A DNA stretch of 37,987 nucleotides from Chiloscyllium plagiosum (Eukaryota), in contig NC_057720.1 in assembly GCF_004010195.1 (NCBI RefSeq), positions 5,368,177 through 5,406,163 of the forward strand, in the 5' to 3' direction. How positions within the stretch are numbered: position 1 is the first letter of the stretch; every line of letters begins with the position of its first letter. This document shows, in pieces, positions 22,165-34,269 of the stretch. The position numbers and the translations under genes are program-made. Under the pieces are notes generated by a model. The model did no database searches. It was not told the DNA's origin and saw nothing but the letters and a program-made list of their open reading frames with translations.

Positions 22165-22950
22165 GCAACAGATTGTGTCTCATTAATTTGATTGAGTTTT
22201 TTTGAAGAGGTGACCAAGCAGATTGACAAAGGCCGAGCTATAGACATTGTCTACATGGACGTTAGCAAGGCCTTCAACAAGGTTCCACATAGCAGACTGG
22301 TTTGTAAGGTTAGATCACATGGGATCCAGGGAAAACTAGCCAATTAGATACAAAATTGGCTTGAAGTTAGGAGACAGAGGGTGGTGGTCGAGAGTTATTG
22401 TTCAAACTGGGGATCTCTGAGCAGCTGTGTTCAGTCCACTGTTGTTAGTCATTTATATAAACAATTTGGATAAGAATATGGGAGGCAAACTTAGTAAGTT
22501 TACAGATGACACCGAAATTAATCGTATAATGGACAGTGAAGAAGTTTAGTTAAGAATACAATGGGATCTTGATCAACTGGACAGGTGGGCTAAAAAATGG
22601 CAGATGGAGTTTAATTCAGATGAATGCGAGGTGTTGTGTTTTGGTAAGACAAACCAGGGCAGGACTTAGATAGTTAGTGATAGGCCCTGTGGAGAGTTGT
22701 TAAACACTCCTGGGGCACAGGTATGTAGTTCCTTGAAAATGGCATCACAGGTAGATGGGTTGATGAAGGAACTGTTTGGCACCCTTGTCTTCATTGGTCA
22801 GAGCGTTGAGTACACGAATTGGGACATCAGACTACAGATGTACAAGACATTGATAAGGCCACAATTCGAGTACTGCATACAATTCTGGTCATCCTACTTT
22901 AAAAAGGATTATTAAACTGGAAAGGGTGCGAAATAAAGCATTTACAAGGC
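22165..22950 (+). mobile_element. CR1 RT / C-terminal fragment
   Basis: CLINLIEFFEEVTKQIDKGRAIDIVYMDVSKAFNKVPH...; YKTLIRPQFEYCIQFWS. Confidence 0.88.
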
Positions 22951-22954
22951 TAAG

Positions 22955-23380
22955 ACATAGAGCTGTACACCACAGGAATGGGCCCTTTGACCCACAAAGT
23001 TGTGCTGAACATGATGCCAAATTAAACTAATCCCTTCTGCCTACCCTTGGACAATATCCCTCCATTCCTTGTATATTTATGTGCTTATCTAAAAATCCCT
23101 CAAATGGCCCTTTCGTATCTGCCTCCACCACCACCCCTGGCAGCTCATTCCATACACGCACCACCCACTGCATGAAAGTGTTGCCCCATAGGTCCCTTTT
23201 AAATCTTTCCCCTCTCACTTTAAACCAATGCTGTCTAGTTTTGAACTCCCCTACCCTGGAGAAAAGACTTTGACTATTCACCCTATCCACGCCCCTCATG
23301 ATTTTATAAACCTCTCTAACGTCACCCTTCAGCCTCCAATGCTCCAGAGAAAACAGCCCCACCTATTCAGCCTTTCCCTC
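22955..23380 (-). mobile_element. CR1 3' fragment
   Basis: ORF 23027-23362 GLFSLEHWRLKGD...VVRVWNELP. Confidence 0.88.
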
Positions 23381-23494
23381 AATGATCCCAGCTCCAGGAC
23401 ATCTCTGCAGGTGTTTTGTAGGCTAGTATTCTTGGCTCAACCATCTTTAACTGTTTTATTAAAGATCTTCCTCCATTATGAGATCAGAAACAGG

Positions 23495-24070
23495 GATATA
23501 ACTGATGATTGCATAATTTTCAGTTCCATTTACAATTCCTCCAATAATGACACTGTCTGTGCCTGCTTGCTTCAAAAGATAGCTGATTAAGTGGCGTGTG
23601 ACATTTGTGCCACAAAATTGTCAGGGCATTTCCATCTCCGACAGGAGAGAATGTAACCATCGCCCCTTTTCAATCTTTGCTGTTACTATGCTGAATCTCA
23701 CACTATCAACATCTTGTGGGTTGCCATTGACCAGAAATGTTTGAGTTAACCATGTAAATAATGAACTACAAGAGGAGGTCAGAGACTGGAAATCCTGCAG
23801 TCAGTCTCCTGAAAACCTGTCCATCACAAGGCACAACTTAGGTATGTGATGGAATGCTGTCCACTTACCTGGATGAGTGCAGCTTCAACAAATCCTAGAA
23901 GCTTACTTGATTGTCATCTATTCACCACCTTAAGCATTCACTCCCTCCATGATCAGAGCACAGTGTCGAGCTGTGTGTATCGTCCACAAGTTACGTTGCA
24001 GTAACACACCAAGGTTCCTTTACCAGCACCTTCCAAACACCTAAGACAAGGACAGCAGTTGCATGGAAGT
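23495..24070 (+). mobile_element. Old LINE (CR1/L2 group) post-RT fragment; antisense relative at ~30258-31010
   Basis: ITDDCIIFSSIYNSSNNDTV resembles an RT xADD region; the downstream part matches the reverse complement of 30258-30800. Confidence 0.55.
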
Positions 24071-24196
24071 TCCAGTAAGACTGAAACCATTGTGGAACAT
24101 TAACTACGCCTATCTCTTTGACGGTGCTTCATCTGCTAAAGCTGTAATAGCACCTGAGGAAGAAAACAATTGTTTCCATGTCATTGTTCTGACCAT

Positions 24197-24407
24197 GAGA
24201 CAGTAAGCACTGCAGATGCTGGAAGGCCGAGTCAATAGATGTGAAGCTGGAAGAGCACAGCAGGTCAGACAGCATCAGGAGCAGGAATGTCATCATTTCA
24301 GGCCGAAACCATTTGTCAGAACCGATGAAGGGTTTAGGCCCAAAACATTGACTTTCCTTCTCCTCAGATGCTGTCTGACCTGCTGTGCTCTTCCAGCTTC
24401 ACATCCT
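24197..24407. mobile_element. Palindromic PLE-derived insert (older)
   Basis: Perfect 39-bp inverted segments 24238-24276 / 24367-24405; decayed opposed cores at 24313-24328; 13-bp TSD TTGTTCTGACCAT at 24184-24196 and 24408-24420. Confidence 0.85.
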
Positions 24408-25969
24408 TTGTTCTGACCATAGCCAATAGCACGAAAACCAAAACAACTAATGATTTATTCACTGGCGGTGTGAGCTCGTGCTGTACTCAAATTTGTGGAT
24501 GTCACACTTATGGAATGCCTTGACAGTGAAATGTTTTGAGGTGTTTTTCAGAAATGATAGGACACCATATAAATCCACATCATTTATTTAGGAAAGCCTA
24601 ACAATGTGTTCAGTGCTCTGAATGCCTGCCTGTTTGAAGGCCAATGTCACCTCCAGCTCTGTTACTGTCTGTTTAATTAAAAGCGTCAAGATACAACATT
24701 GTGGGAAGCTAGTATATCGACAATATTGTCACATTATGTGAAATAATGGTACTCAATACAATATTGGAAAAATCTCACTTAAACTGCCAGGCTTTAAAGT
24801 TCAATGATCCTCTTAATTCTGTACATTAAATTTCTCTCACCCGCTCTTTAACCAAGGGCAATCTCATGGCTACCAATGCTTCAACTTGAGTGTTTTACAA
24901 ATAAGCATACTATCTCCAGGGACAACCTACGTTTCAAAGGGCAAAATCAATATTGTGTCTGAGTCCAAACAGACACGGTGTGAAATTTACAGATTTTCAT
25001 TGTTTTCTGTTTTTGACAGAATCTATTTAGCTAGAGCTAAGGAACAAAAAAGGTGCAATTTCTTTGCTCAGTGAAGTCAATAGACTGCCAGCTACTGGGA
25101 AAGATGTGGATGATACTTATGATTTTGAGGAGGGGAGTGAAAATGTAGTGGCTACATTTGAAGATGACATAGAGATAGATATATGTTGGGAAGATGGCAC
25201 AGGAGATTTCAGTCTGGTTGGGATAGGTTGAGAGATTGTGCAAAATCTGACAGATGAAGCATAACGCAGGAAAATGTGAAGTTGAAAATTTTCACCGGAA
25301 GAGTATTTAGCATATCCTTAACACTCTAGAGATGAAAAGTCTCATTGTGTTTAAACAAAAATCACTTGTTCTGCACTTGAAGTGCCAAAACTTGCAAGGC
25401 TCTGAACCCAGAGTGGAAAAGTAGGATTACTGTGACAGTATTGTAGTGACTTACTTCTGAAGCCATTGAATCTTTACTGGCCAGAGGAAATAATAATCAG
25501 CTCATCAGATATTTTTCTTTTGCCTCCTCGAATTGGTTTCAGATTATCCCACATGAGTGAATGACTTCTTAGAAAACTGTCACTCCCAGCAGCTATAGCC
25601 TGTCAATGTCTGTTCTCTATCACGCTGAAATGCTCCATCTAAAGAAAGAAAACTTGGGAGCATTTTTCACATCTCACTGTACTGCACAGGACTTTGTGAA
25701 GTGTTGTCATGATTGTAATATACAACAACAATTTACCCCTTTATGATGCCTCTAAAATAGTAAAACATCCTAGTTACTTCATAACAGCGTTATCGAACAA
25801 ACTGAAACTGAGCTGCATGAGGTTAGGTGACAGGTGGTATCATTCCTTCATGACATCTCACTTATCATCTCTTCTTAAATGGAACAAGTAGCTTTGGCTG
25901 CAATGAATGGACAAGGAGAAAGGTGCTCGAAAAAAAACCTGAAGACTGTCAACCATGTTGTGCAAGCAA

Positions 25970-26100
25970 ATGTTTCAAGTCTAGATGACTCATCATCAGA
26001 GCTCTGCTTACTCTTTCCCTATGGATGCTATCTGATTTGCTGTGATCTCCAGCATTTGTTGTTTGCAGTATAGATTTCAGCATCTGCAGTAATTTGCTCC
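25970..26100. mobile_element. Old PLE-derived repeat remnant with hammerhead core
   Basis: Minus strand CTGATGA-T-GAGTC-ATCTA-GACTT-GAAA-CATT (from 25999); a related core lies at 1864-1894. Confidence 0.55.
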
Positions 26101-26147
26101 AACATCATGTTGTGCATTTGGTGTAATACATCTATCCAGAAAAGTAT

Positions 26148-26456
26148 GCGGTGGCACAGTGGCTCAGTGGTTAGCACTGCTGCCTCACAACACCATGGTC
26201 CCAGGTTCGATTCCAGCCTCGGGCGACTGTCTGTGTGGAGTTTGCATATTCTCCCTGTGTTCTGCGTGGGTTTACTCCAGTTTCCTCCCACAGTCCAAAG
26301 ATATGCAGGTCAGGTGGATTGGCCATTCTAAATTGTCCATAGTGTTAGGTGTACTAGTCAGAGGGAAATGGGTCTGGGTGGGTTACTCTTCGGAGGGACG
26401 GTGTGGAATAGTGGGCCGAAGGGCCTGTTTCCACACTGAAGGGAATCTAATCTAAT
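26148..26456 (+). mobile_element. tRNA-derived SINE (HE1/V-SINE-like)
   Basis: GTGGCTCAGTGGTTAGC / GGTTCGATTCC boxes; tail GGGCCGAAGGGCCTGTTTCC shared with CR1 3' ends in this window. Confidence 0.92.
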
Positions 26457-27412
26457 TTCACAGCTCTTTCATACTGCCTGTTATCCAGGGAAAAGAGGTT
26501 TATTGAACATGTTGAGTCAAACAAGGCATTTGTGGATGATGTGCTTCAGTTTGGACAATTGTAAGCTGGTAGTTCAGAGCAGTCTAAGGGAGACCAGAAT
26601 TATTGGAGGCATCACTCGTGATCCATGTTTGGCTATTCTGGTGGCTCAATTCAAAGTTTAATGCTTCGATACAGAGGAGATAAATAAATACGTGAAAGGG
26701 AACAATTTACAGGGCTATGAGGAAGATGTAGAGAGTAAGACTAACTGGATAGCTCTTTCAAAGAGTTGATACAAACATGATGGACTGAATGGTCTCTATC
26801 AGTTCTGCATAAGAGCAGTAGGTCCTCCTGGTGTTCTGAACTAGATTTCTCTTTCAGCAAGTATCATTGCTCACAGACAAATTGACAATTGATCTCATTC
26901 TGATCATCCCTGACATAAGTGGCTGTTTGTTTTGCAACATAGCAGGCTACTTATATTTCAAAGTAATTCATTGTATACGATGCACTTTGTGCTGTTCCTA
27001 AGTGACTGTTCAAAAGCAAGCATGTCTTTCTTCCTCAAGCTATGGCTGCACTGCCTTTACAAGCTGTCATTATTTCCTCTAATTGGCCATTCTTTATGTT
27101 TCATGAATGTTATCAGCTTATTAAACAGTGCCAGTCTCACAGTTAACTTAATCTCATTTTTCCGGTGACATTCACACACATCCCTTTTACAGGAGGAGCC
27201 TTGTTAATTTACACTTGGCACAATCTAAACTCTGGTTTTCAGCATCTGCAGTCCTCACTTTTGACTAATTGTTTCCTGTCGTAGTGCCTTTGGCCAGGTC
27301 AGTTAGCTGAGTGTAAATTTGGTTGCTAACTCTCTTGCTAATTCCAGGAGGGTTCATCACATGACCTGTGCCTCTAATCATCCAACCCCCACGATTCTGG
27401 CATTAGTACCTT

Positions 27413-27544
27413 TCTGATGAAGGGCTTTTGCCCGAAATGTCGATTTTCCTGCTCCTCGGATGCTGCCTAACCTGCTGTGCTTTTCCAGCACCACTCTAAT
27501 CTAGACTCTGATCTCCAGCATCTGCAGTCCTCACTTTCACCTCA
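27413..27544 (+). mobile_element. Short PLE-derived terminal-repeat insert starting at a hammerhead core
   Basis: CTGATGAAGGGCTTTTGCCCGAAATGTC from 27414; 12-bp TSD CATTAGTACCTT at 27401-27412 and 27545-27556. Confidence 0.85.
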
Positions 27545-28256
27545 CATTAGTACCTTGCTGCTAGGCACACATTTCAGTCCCAGAACCATTTAGCCAAAGG
27601 AATGGCTACTTTGGACAAGATTCCCACCCTTATATTGAGATGCAAATGGAGGCAGGTGGGCCTTTCATTTCCCAAAGCTACAGTAGGTTGTTAAGGTAAT
27701 TCAAAGGTCAACTAAACCAATGATTGGGACTGCATGACAGCTCCTCCCTGGTAGTGACCCAGGAACCAATGCTCCAGGTTGTCTTTGTCAGATCTGCCCT
27801 GCCTCTCAAAACAATCATATGCTTAATGGTTCTCTCGTTCTGGTTTCTGTCCATTCTTTTGTGTCATTTTCTTTCAGTTTCAGACTCTGTTACATTGTCC
27901 AAAGATGCTCGATCAAGCTGCAAGTCCTTTCAGAGTCACTGAGGTCACTGCTATCAGAAATCCTGCAAGAAAACACACTGCTCTCACCTATGTCCATTAA
28001 CCCATTATTGCAATGATTCCCAACTGTCCTCTGAAATGACCTAGCAAGCTGCTGAGTTCAAGGGCATTGAGGGATGGGCAATAAATGCTGGCCAGCCAGC
28101 AATGTCCATGCCCCACAAATGCATAAAAACAAATTATTTTTTTTCCCTATTTCTCGCTTCTCTTTTCCTCTCTGTTACAGTGGTTTCATCCTCTGAAATT
28201 AAAACAAAGAAATGTGGATGCTGGAGATCCAAAACAAACGAAAACAGAAATTGCTG

Positions 28257-29748
28257 GAGAACAGTGATCATAATTCCGTAAGTTTTAAGATACTTATGGA
28301 TAAGAATAAGATGAAAGTACTAAATTGGAGGAAAGCTAATTACACCAGTATTAGGCAGGAACTGGAGAAATTAGACTTGGACATCTGTTTGAGGAAAAAT
28401 CCACATCAGACACGTGGGAGTCTTCTAAAGGCCAGTTGATCAGAGTTCAGGACCAGCATGCTCTTGTGAGGATGAAAGATAAGGATGGCAAGATTCTGGA
28501 ACCCTGGGTAACAAGAAAGGTTGAAAGATTAAAAGGAGACATATATAAGATTCTGGAAACTGAAATTAGACAAGGTGCTTGAGGAATATAAAGGAAGCAG
28601 GAAAGAATATACGCAAGGAATTAGGAGGGCTAAAAGGGGCCATGAAATGGTCTTGGCTAGTAGGATTAAGGAGAATTCCAAGGCATTTTATACATATATT
28701 AGGAGCCAGAGGGAAGCTAAGGAAAAGGTAAGCCCATTAAAGGAGAAAGGATGGAATTTATGCATGGGCAGAGGAAGCGGATGAGGTCCTTAATGAATAC
28801 TCTACGTTCATATTCACCAAGAAGAAAGACATAGAGTCATACAGTCATACAGCATGGAACCAGACCCTATAGTCCAACTCATCCACGCTGACCAAATATT
28901 TCAATCTGACCTAGTCCCATTTGCCAGCATTTGGCCTATACCCGGCTAAACCTTTCCTATTTATAAACCCAGCCAGAAATCTTTTAAATGTTTTAATTGT
29001 ACCAGCTCCAACCATTTCCTCTGGCAACTCATTCCATACACTGTTTTAAATTTCTACCATCGTTCAACTGTTTATTTTTCTGCTGAACACCTTCCCATTC
29101 CACTCAGGCAACTCAGCCCTTATCCGTGTTTAACAAACCTTAAGTTTTGCATTTTTGGTTCCAAGGAGAAAGTGAGGACTGCAGATGCTGGAGGTCAGAG
29201 TCGAGAATGTGGTGCTGGAAAAGCACAGCAGGTCAGGCAACATCCAAGGAGCAGGAGAATCAAAGTTTTGGGCCTAAGCCCTTCATCAGGAATGATTTTT
29301 GTTTCCAACCCATGTTTCTTGATGTGGATGATGGTAAGATTAGGGAGGGGTATTTTGATATTCCAGGGCATGTTGATATTAAGAAGAGGAAGAACACTAA
29401 GTCCCCAGGGCCTGATGGGACCAATCACAGGATACTGACGGAGGCAAGGGAAGAGGTTGTTTGGGCCTTGACAGAGATCTTTGTATTCTCTTTAGCCACA
29501 GGTGAGGTCTCAGAAGACTGGAGAACAGCCAATGTTGTTTCTTTATTTAAGAAGGGCAACAGAGATAATCCAGGAAAATATAACCAAGTGAGTCTTATGT
29601 CCATGGTGGGGAAATTATTGGAGTTGGTTCTTAGGGACAGGATTTATCCGTATTTGGAAAAAAATAGATTTATTCATGATAGTTAGCATGGCTTTATGAG
29701 GGGGTGGTATTGTTTTGATTGAATGTTTTGAGTAAGTGATGAAGATGA
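28257..29748 (+). mobile_element. CR1 ORF2 relic with nested insertions (antisense CR1 tail ~28833-29041; PLE insert 29165-29294)
   Basis: NSDHNSVSFKI; IKENSKAFYTYIR; KSPGPDG...EDWRTANVVSLFKKGNRDNPGKY. Confidence 0.88.
29165..29294 (-). mobile_element. Short PLE-derived terminal-repeat insert
   Basis: Minus strand CATTC-CTGATGAAGGGCTTAGGCCCAAAACTTTG; 14-bp TSD ATTTTTG(G/T)TTCCAA at 29151-29164 and 29295-29308. Confidence 0.82.
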
Positions 29749-29749
29749 T

Positions 29750-30247
29750 GTTAGGCCACTGTTGGAATATTGCGTGCAATTCTGGTCTCCTTTCTATTGG
29801 AAAGATGTTGTGAAACTTGAAAGGGTTCAGAAAAGATTTACAAGGATGTTGCCAGGGTTGATTCTAACTCTGAGCTTCCCTAGAGCGTCGGAGGCTGAGG
29901 GGTGACCTTATAGAGTTTTACAAAATCATGAGGGGCATGGATAGGTTAAACAGACAAAGTCTTTTCCCTGGGGTGGGGAAGTCCAGAACTAGAGAGCATA
30001 GGTTTAGGGTGAGAGGGGAAAGATATAAAAGAGACCTAAGGGGCAACCTTTTCACACAGAGGGTGGTACGTGTATGGAATGAGCTGCCAGAGGAAGTGGT
30101 GGAGGCTACAACGGTTTAGTCAGGAATAGGAAGGGTTTGGAGGGATATGGGCCGGGTGCTGGCAGGTGAGACTAGATTGGGTTGGAATATTTGGTCGGCA
30201 TGGACCGAAGGATCTGTTCCCATGCTGTACATCTCTATGACTCTATG
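29750..30247 (+). mobile_element. CR1 3' fragment
   Basis: RPLLEYCVQFWSP...; ORF 29928-30119; (CTCTATGA)n tail. Confidence 0.9.
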
Positions 30248-30257
30248 ATTGATGAGG

Positions 30258-31010
30258 GTGCTGCCCTTGACCTTCTAGATGGAAGTAGTCATGGATTTGG
30301 ATGGTGCTGTCTAAGGATCTTTGTTGAATTTCTGCAGTGCATCTTGTAGATAGTACACACATCTGCTACTGAACATTGCTGGTGGAGGAAGTGGATGTTT
30401 GTGGATGCAGTGCCAATCAAGTGGGCAGTATTCCATTACAGTTCTGACTTGCACCTTATAGATGGTGGATAGGCTTTGGGGTGTCAGGAGGTGAGTTACT
30501 TGTCACAGTATTCTAGCCCAGACCTGCTCTTGTAGCCATTGTGTTTATATGGCTAGTTGAGTTCAGTTTCAGTCAATGGCACCTTCAGGATGTTGACAAT
30601 GGTGATTCAGTGATGTTATTGCCAGTGAGTGTCAATGAATTATAATACATTGTAGGCCATCCTCAGTGTGAAGATGGGACTTTGTCTCCACAAGAATTTT
30701 GCAGTAGGCACTGTTACTGATACTGTCATTAACAGATAAGTCTGCAGCAGGCAGATTGGTAAGGATAAAGTCAAGTATATTTTTCCCTCTTATTTGTTCC
30801 CTCACAGACCTTTAGGACTCAACCAACTTAGTTAGCTGTGCTGCTGCCGAGCCACTCTTGTTGTGATCATTGAAGTCCCTCACCCAGAGAACATTGTGTT
30901 GTTGTGACTCTCAGTGCTTCTTCCAAGTGAGGTTCAACATGGAGGAGCACTGATTCATTGTGATTCACTGTACATGGTGATAAGCAGGAGGCTTTGTTGT
31001 CCATATTTTA
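30258..31010 (-). mobile_element. Old LINE fragment, same family as 23495-24070
   Basis: Reverse-complement similarity to 23690-24060. Confidence 0.5.
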
Positions 31011-31179
31011 TTTCATTCCATGAAATTGCACATCTTTCAGAGTTAACGTTGCAGGTCCCAGAGCAACTCTCTCCTGAATTATTGCATTTTCTCGTGCAAT
31101 GTGAAAAGATTTCAGCATCTTATAATATACACCCATAGCACAATGAAGAGACAAACACTGACTAATACTCCTACAATTG

Positions 31180-32185
31180 ACTACTAGTGTGCCGCAGGGA
31201 TTGGCGTTGGGACTTCGTTATTTGTTATTTAAATAAATGATCTAGATTTGAATGTACAAGGCATGATTAGTAAGTTTGCGGATGATTCAAAATTAGGAGG
31301 TATCATTGATAGTGAGGAAGGTTATCAAAGATTACTGAGGAATCTTGATCAGATGGAGAAGGCAGCTGAGGATTGGTAAAAACAATTCAATGCAGATAAT
31401 TGTGAGGTGTTGCACTTTGGAAAGTCAAGGTAGGACTGATACATCAAATGCTAAGGTCCTGAGGAGTGTTATGGAACAGATGGACCTAGGAGTACAAGTA
31501 TATAGTTCTTTGGAAGCGGCATCGCAGGTAGACATTGTAGTGAAGAAGGCACTTAGCATGCTACCCTTCATTGGTTGAGGCATTGAGTATAGGAGTTGGG
31601 ATGTTGTTACAGTTGTGTAAGTCGTTGGTGAGGATGCGCTTGGAGTATTGTTTACAGTTTTGGTCACCCTGGTAGAGGAAAAACATAGTTAATCTAGAAA
31701 GAGTACAAAGAAGATTTATGACAATATTGCCAGGACTAGTAGGCCTGAGTTGTAGGAAGAGATTGGTCAGGATTGGACTTTATTCCTTGGAACATAGGAG
31801 AATGAGGGGTGACCTTATTGAGGTATATAAAATCATGAGGGGCATAGATAGGGTGAATGCATATAGTCTTTTTCCCAGGGAATGGAAATTGAAAACTAGA
31901 GGCATAGGTTTAGGGTGAGAGGCGAAAGACTTGAGAAGGACCTGAGGGGCAGCTTCTTCACTCAGAGAGTGGTGTGTATATGGAATAGGCTGCCAGAGAA
32001 AGTGGCTAAAGCAGATATAATTGCAACATTTTTAAAAATGTTTGCATAGCTACATGGATGGGCAGGGATTATAAAGAGATGGACCAAATGTGGACAATTG
32101 GAACTAGCTGAGTAAGCACCATGGTCAACATGGACCAATTTGGGCTGAAGGGCCTGTTTCTATGCTGTATTACTCTATGACTCTA
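31180..32185 (+). mobile_element. CR1 RT to 3' end fragment
   Basis: VPQGLALG...INDLD...ISKFADDSK...GDLIEVYKIMRG; tail TACTCTATGACTCT. Confidence 0.9.
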
Positions 32186-32189
32186 ATGA

Positions 32190-32598
32190 CAAGATGGCGG
32201 AGCTTGTCCACTCTGTCCATTCTTCTTCTCCTTATTTTCTCTTTCTCTTCCTCTTGGTGTTTTTTGTTTCTTTCTTCTTCTCTCCCGGCCTCTGGCCATT
32301 CCTGGCCTGGCACGGTGGTGTCCTGGTATGGCGTGTCACCGGTGAGGTTTACAAGCTAGGTGCCAGCATGCTCACGCTGTACTGAATTTTTACTTCTTCA
32401 ATGCTGGACATTTTATTATCTAAAATCTTGTAACTAAAGAAGCTGTGTCTAGACAGTCGCCCAAGGCTGGAATAAAACCTGGGTCCCTGGCGTTGTGAGG
32501 CAGCAGTGCTAACCACTGAGCCAACATGTTGCCTGGTGATGCGTAAACTTTTCACTGTACTCATTGAGTATATGTGACAATAAAAGCTACTCTATTCT
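32190..32598 (+). mobile_element. Short non-coding retroposon beginning CAAGATGGCG, containing an antisense SINE head (32451-32528)
   Basis: YY1-type start, pyrimidine tract, and LINE-like tail ...GTGACAATAAAAGCTACTCTATTCT shared with 5381-5448. Confidence 0.55.
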
Positions 32599-32630
32599 GT
32601 CCTTCTGTTTTGTTCAATGCACAGATCTTG

Positions 32631-33097
32631 GTTTTATTTTAGCTCTGAAACATTTGTTGTGCATTTTTAAAAATAATTTAAACTCTTTTCTCTTAACACA
32701 CAGGACAATCCCCATTTTGAGGTCTGTGCGCAGCACTGATTTCCAAAACGGGAAGTCACTGCACCAGCACATCAATCAATGTGGGCAATGATGATGATGA
32801 TATAATAATATTATAACATAAAATCAGTGCTGATTATCAAATATTTTGATTCCAAAATCCTTACTAAAGATTTGCCAAAATGTTACAATTTTGAATAAAC
32901 CAGAATGGCCAGCAGTGACTGCATTGTCAACTGGCAGTGATTTGTTCTACTGCTTCAAGACTTTGTGTTGAGAGAAAACTTTAAATCAATCTACTTAATA
33001 CATTTTTCACAGCAATGAGGATTGTCCCGTGTGTTGAGAGAAAAAGGGTTTAATTATTCAGAAGAAAGTGCAACAAGTGTTTCAGAGTTAAAATGAA
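32631..33097. repeat. Long imperfect inverted repeat pair (MITE-like)
   Basis: ~85-bp arms at ~32631-32716 and ~33014-33097 (CTCTGAAACATTTGTTG...AACACACAGGACAATCC versus GGATTGTCCCGTGTGTT...CAACAAGTGTTTCAGAG). Confidence 0.7.
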
Positions 33098-33486
33098 AAA
33101 TGTTGGAAAAGCTGAGCATCTGTGCAGAGAAGAACAGACATTAATGTTTCAGGTCGATGGCTTTTCATCAAAAATGCTTTACCCTGCACAGTTCCTACTT
33201 AGTATTCTCAGCTGTTTTTGGTTTTTAAATCATGCTATGTAAGCAATACTTTCAATCTGTTAGTCTAAATTCCATTGGTGTTTAATATCGATGCTGACTG
33301 GTATTAACTCAATTCTTAACATAAAATCTGTTGTGATAAAAGGTCACAGACCTGAAATGTTAACAATGTTCTTTCCTCCACAGATTAGCCATAACCTGCT
33401 GAGTATTTCTAGCATTTTCTATTTCTATTTCCGATCATGTTTTCTACTCATATTGTTGAGTATGTTCATAAATTGAATCGAATTGT

Positions 33487-33745
33487 AGTGGCTTGGTGGC
33501 TCAATGTTTAGCACTGCTGCCTCACAGCACTGGGGATCGGGGTTCAATTCCATCCTTAGGTGACTGTCTGTGTCGAGTTACCACATTCACCCCATGTCTG
33601 CATGGGGTTCCTCCGGATGCTCTGGTTTCCTCCCACAGTCCAAAGATGTGCAGGTTAGGTGAATTGACCATGCTAAATTGTCCATAGTGTTCAGGGATGT
33701 GTAGGTTAGCTGCATTAGTCAGGAGTAAATATAGGGTAGGGATTT
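33487..33745 (+). mobile_element. tRNA-derived SINE (HE1/V-SINE-like), 3'-truncated
   Basis: Same head and central domain as the copies at 4552 and 26148. Confidence 0.88.
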
Positions 33746-33809
33746 GCAGCCTTGTGTTCGGAGTCAAAGAGCAGAATACTGTTCTAAGTATAGAACTAAC
33801 TTACTTTGG

Positions 33810-34190
33810 GGAGAGGAAGAGCTGCTGGGAGAATGAGCCAGCTGACCAGCACACCTTGGTACAGAAGGCCATTCGGGGGGGGGGGGGGGGGGGAAGCAAA
33901 AAGTCAAGTAATAGTTGTAGGAGATTCAATAACTATGGGGATTGATAGTATCCTTTGTGAGCAGGACCGAGATTGTCAGTGTGCAGGTTATCTCTGATCG
34001 GCTTGAAAGGATAGTGGAGAGGGAGGGTGAGAATCCAGTTGTTGTGGTCCAAACAACTTGGGCTAGGCAAGGCTAGGAAGGACAATCTGTTTGGGGATTA
34101 TCAAGCATGAGGAATGAAAGTAAGGAACGGGTTCTCAAGCATTATAATCTATGGATTACTACCCAAGACACGTGAAAATTAGTTTAGGGT
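33810..34190 (+). mobile_element. CR1 ORF1 remnant (SGNH esterase-like)
   Basis: VIVVGDSITMGIDSILCEQDRD and later ENPVVVV resemble the CR1 ORF1 esterase GDS block. Confidence 0.6.
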
Positions 34191-34269
34191 AATTGTATAG
34201 AATACTGCATTCTGAATAAATAGAACTGAAATTCATCTTTCCCAGGTAGCCATGGCCATTCATTTTCTG

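Noticed and set aside
21707..22183. Mirror-image ORFs (MLKMCCWKSAAGQAASKEQENRRFGHKPFF) on both strands
   Set aside because: A consequence of the DNA palindrome; the same peptide recurs at 29147-29438 from the same non-coding repeat.
26150..26225. tRNA gene (also at 4552 and 33487)
   Set aside because: The A/B boxes continue into SINE body and LINE-like tail, so these are SINE heads.
33100..33435. Additional hammerhead cores (also near 18590)
   Set aside because: PLE-like remnants, but the core nucleotides are too decayed to call.
33875..33893. G19 run as a functional G-quadruplex or Gly linker
   Set aside because: Lies in a decayed CR1 ORF1 relic, and homopolymer length is unreliable.
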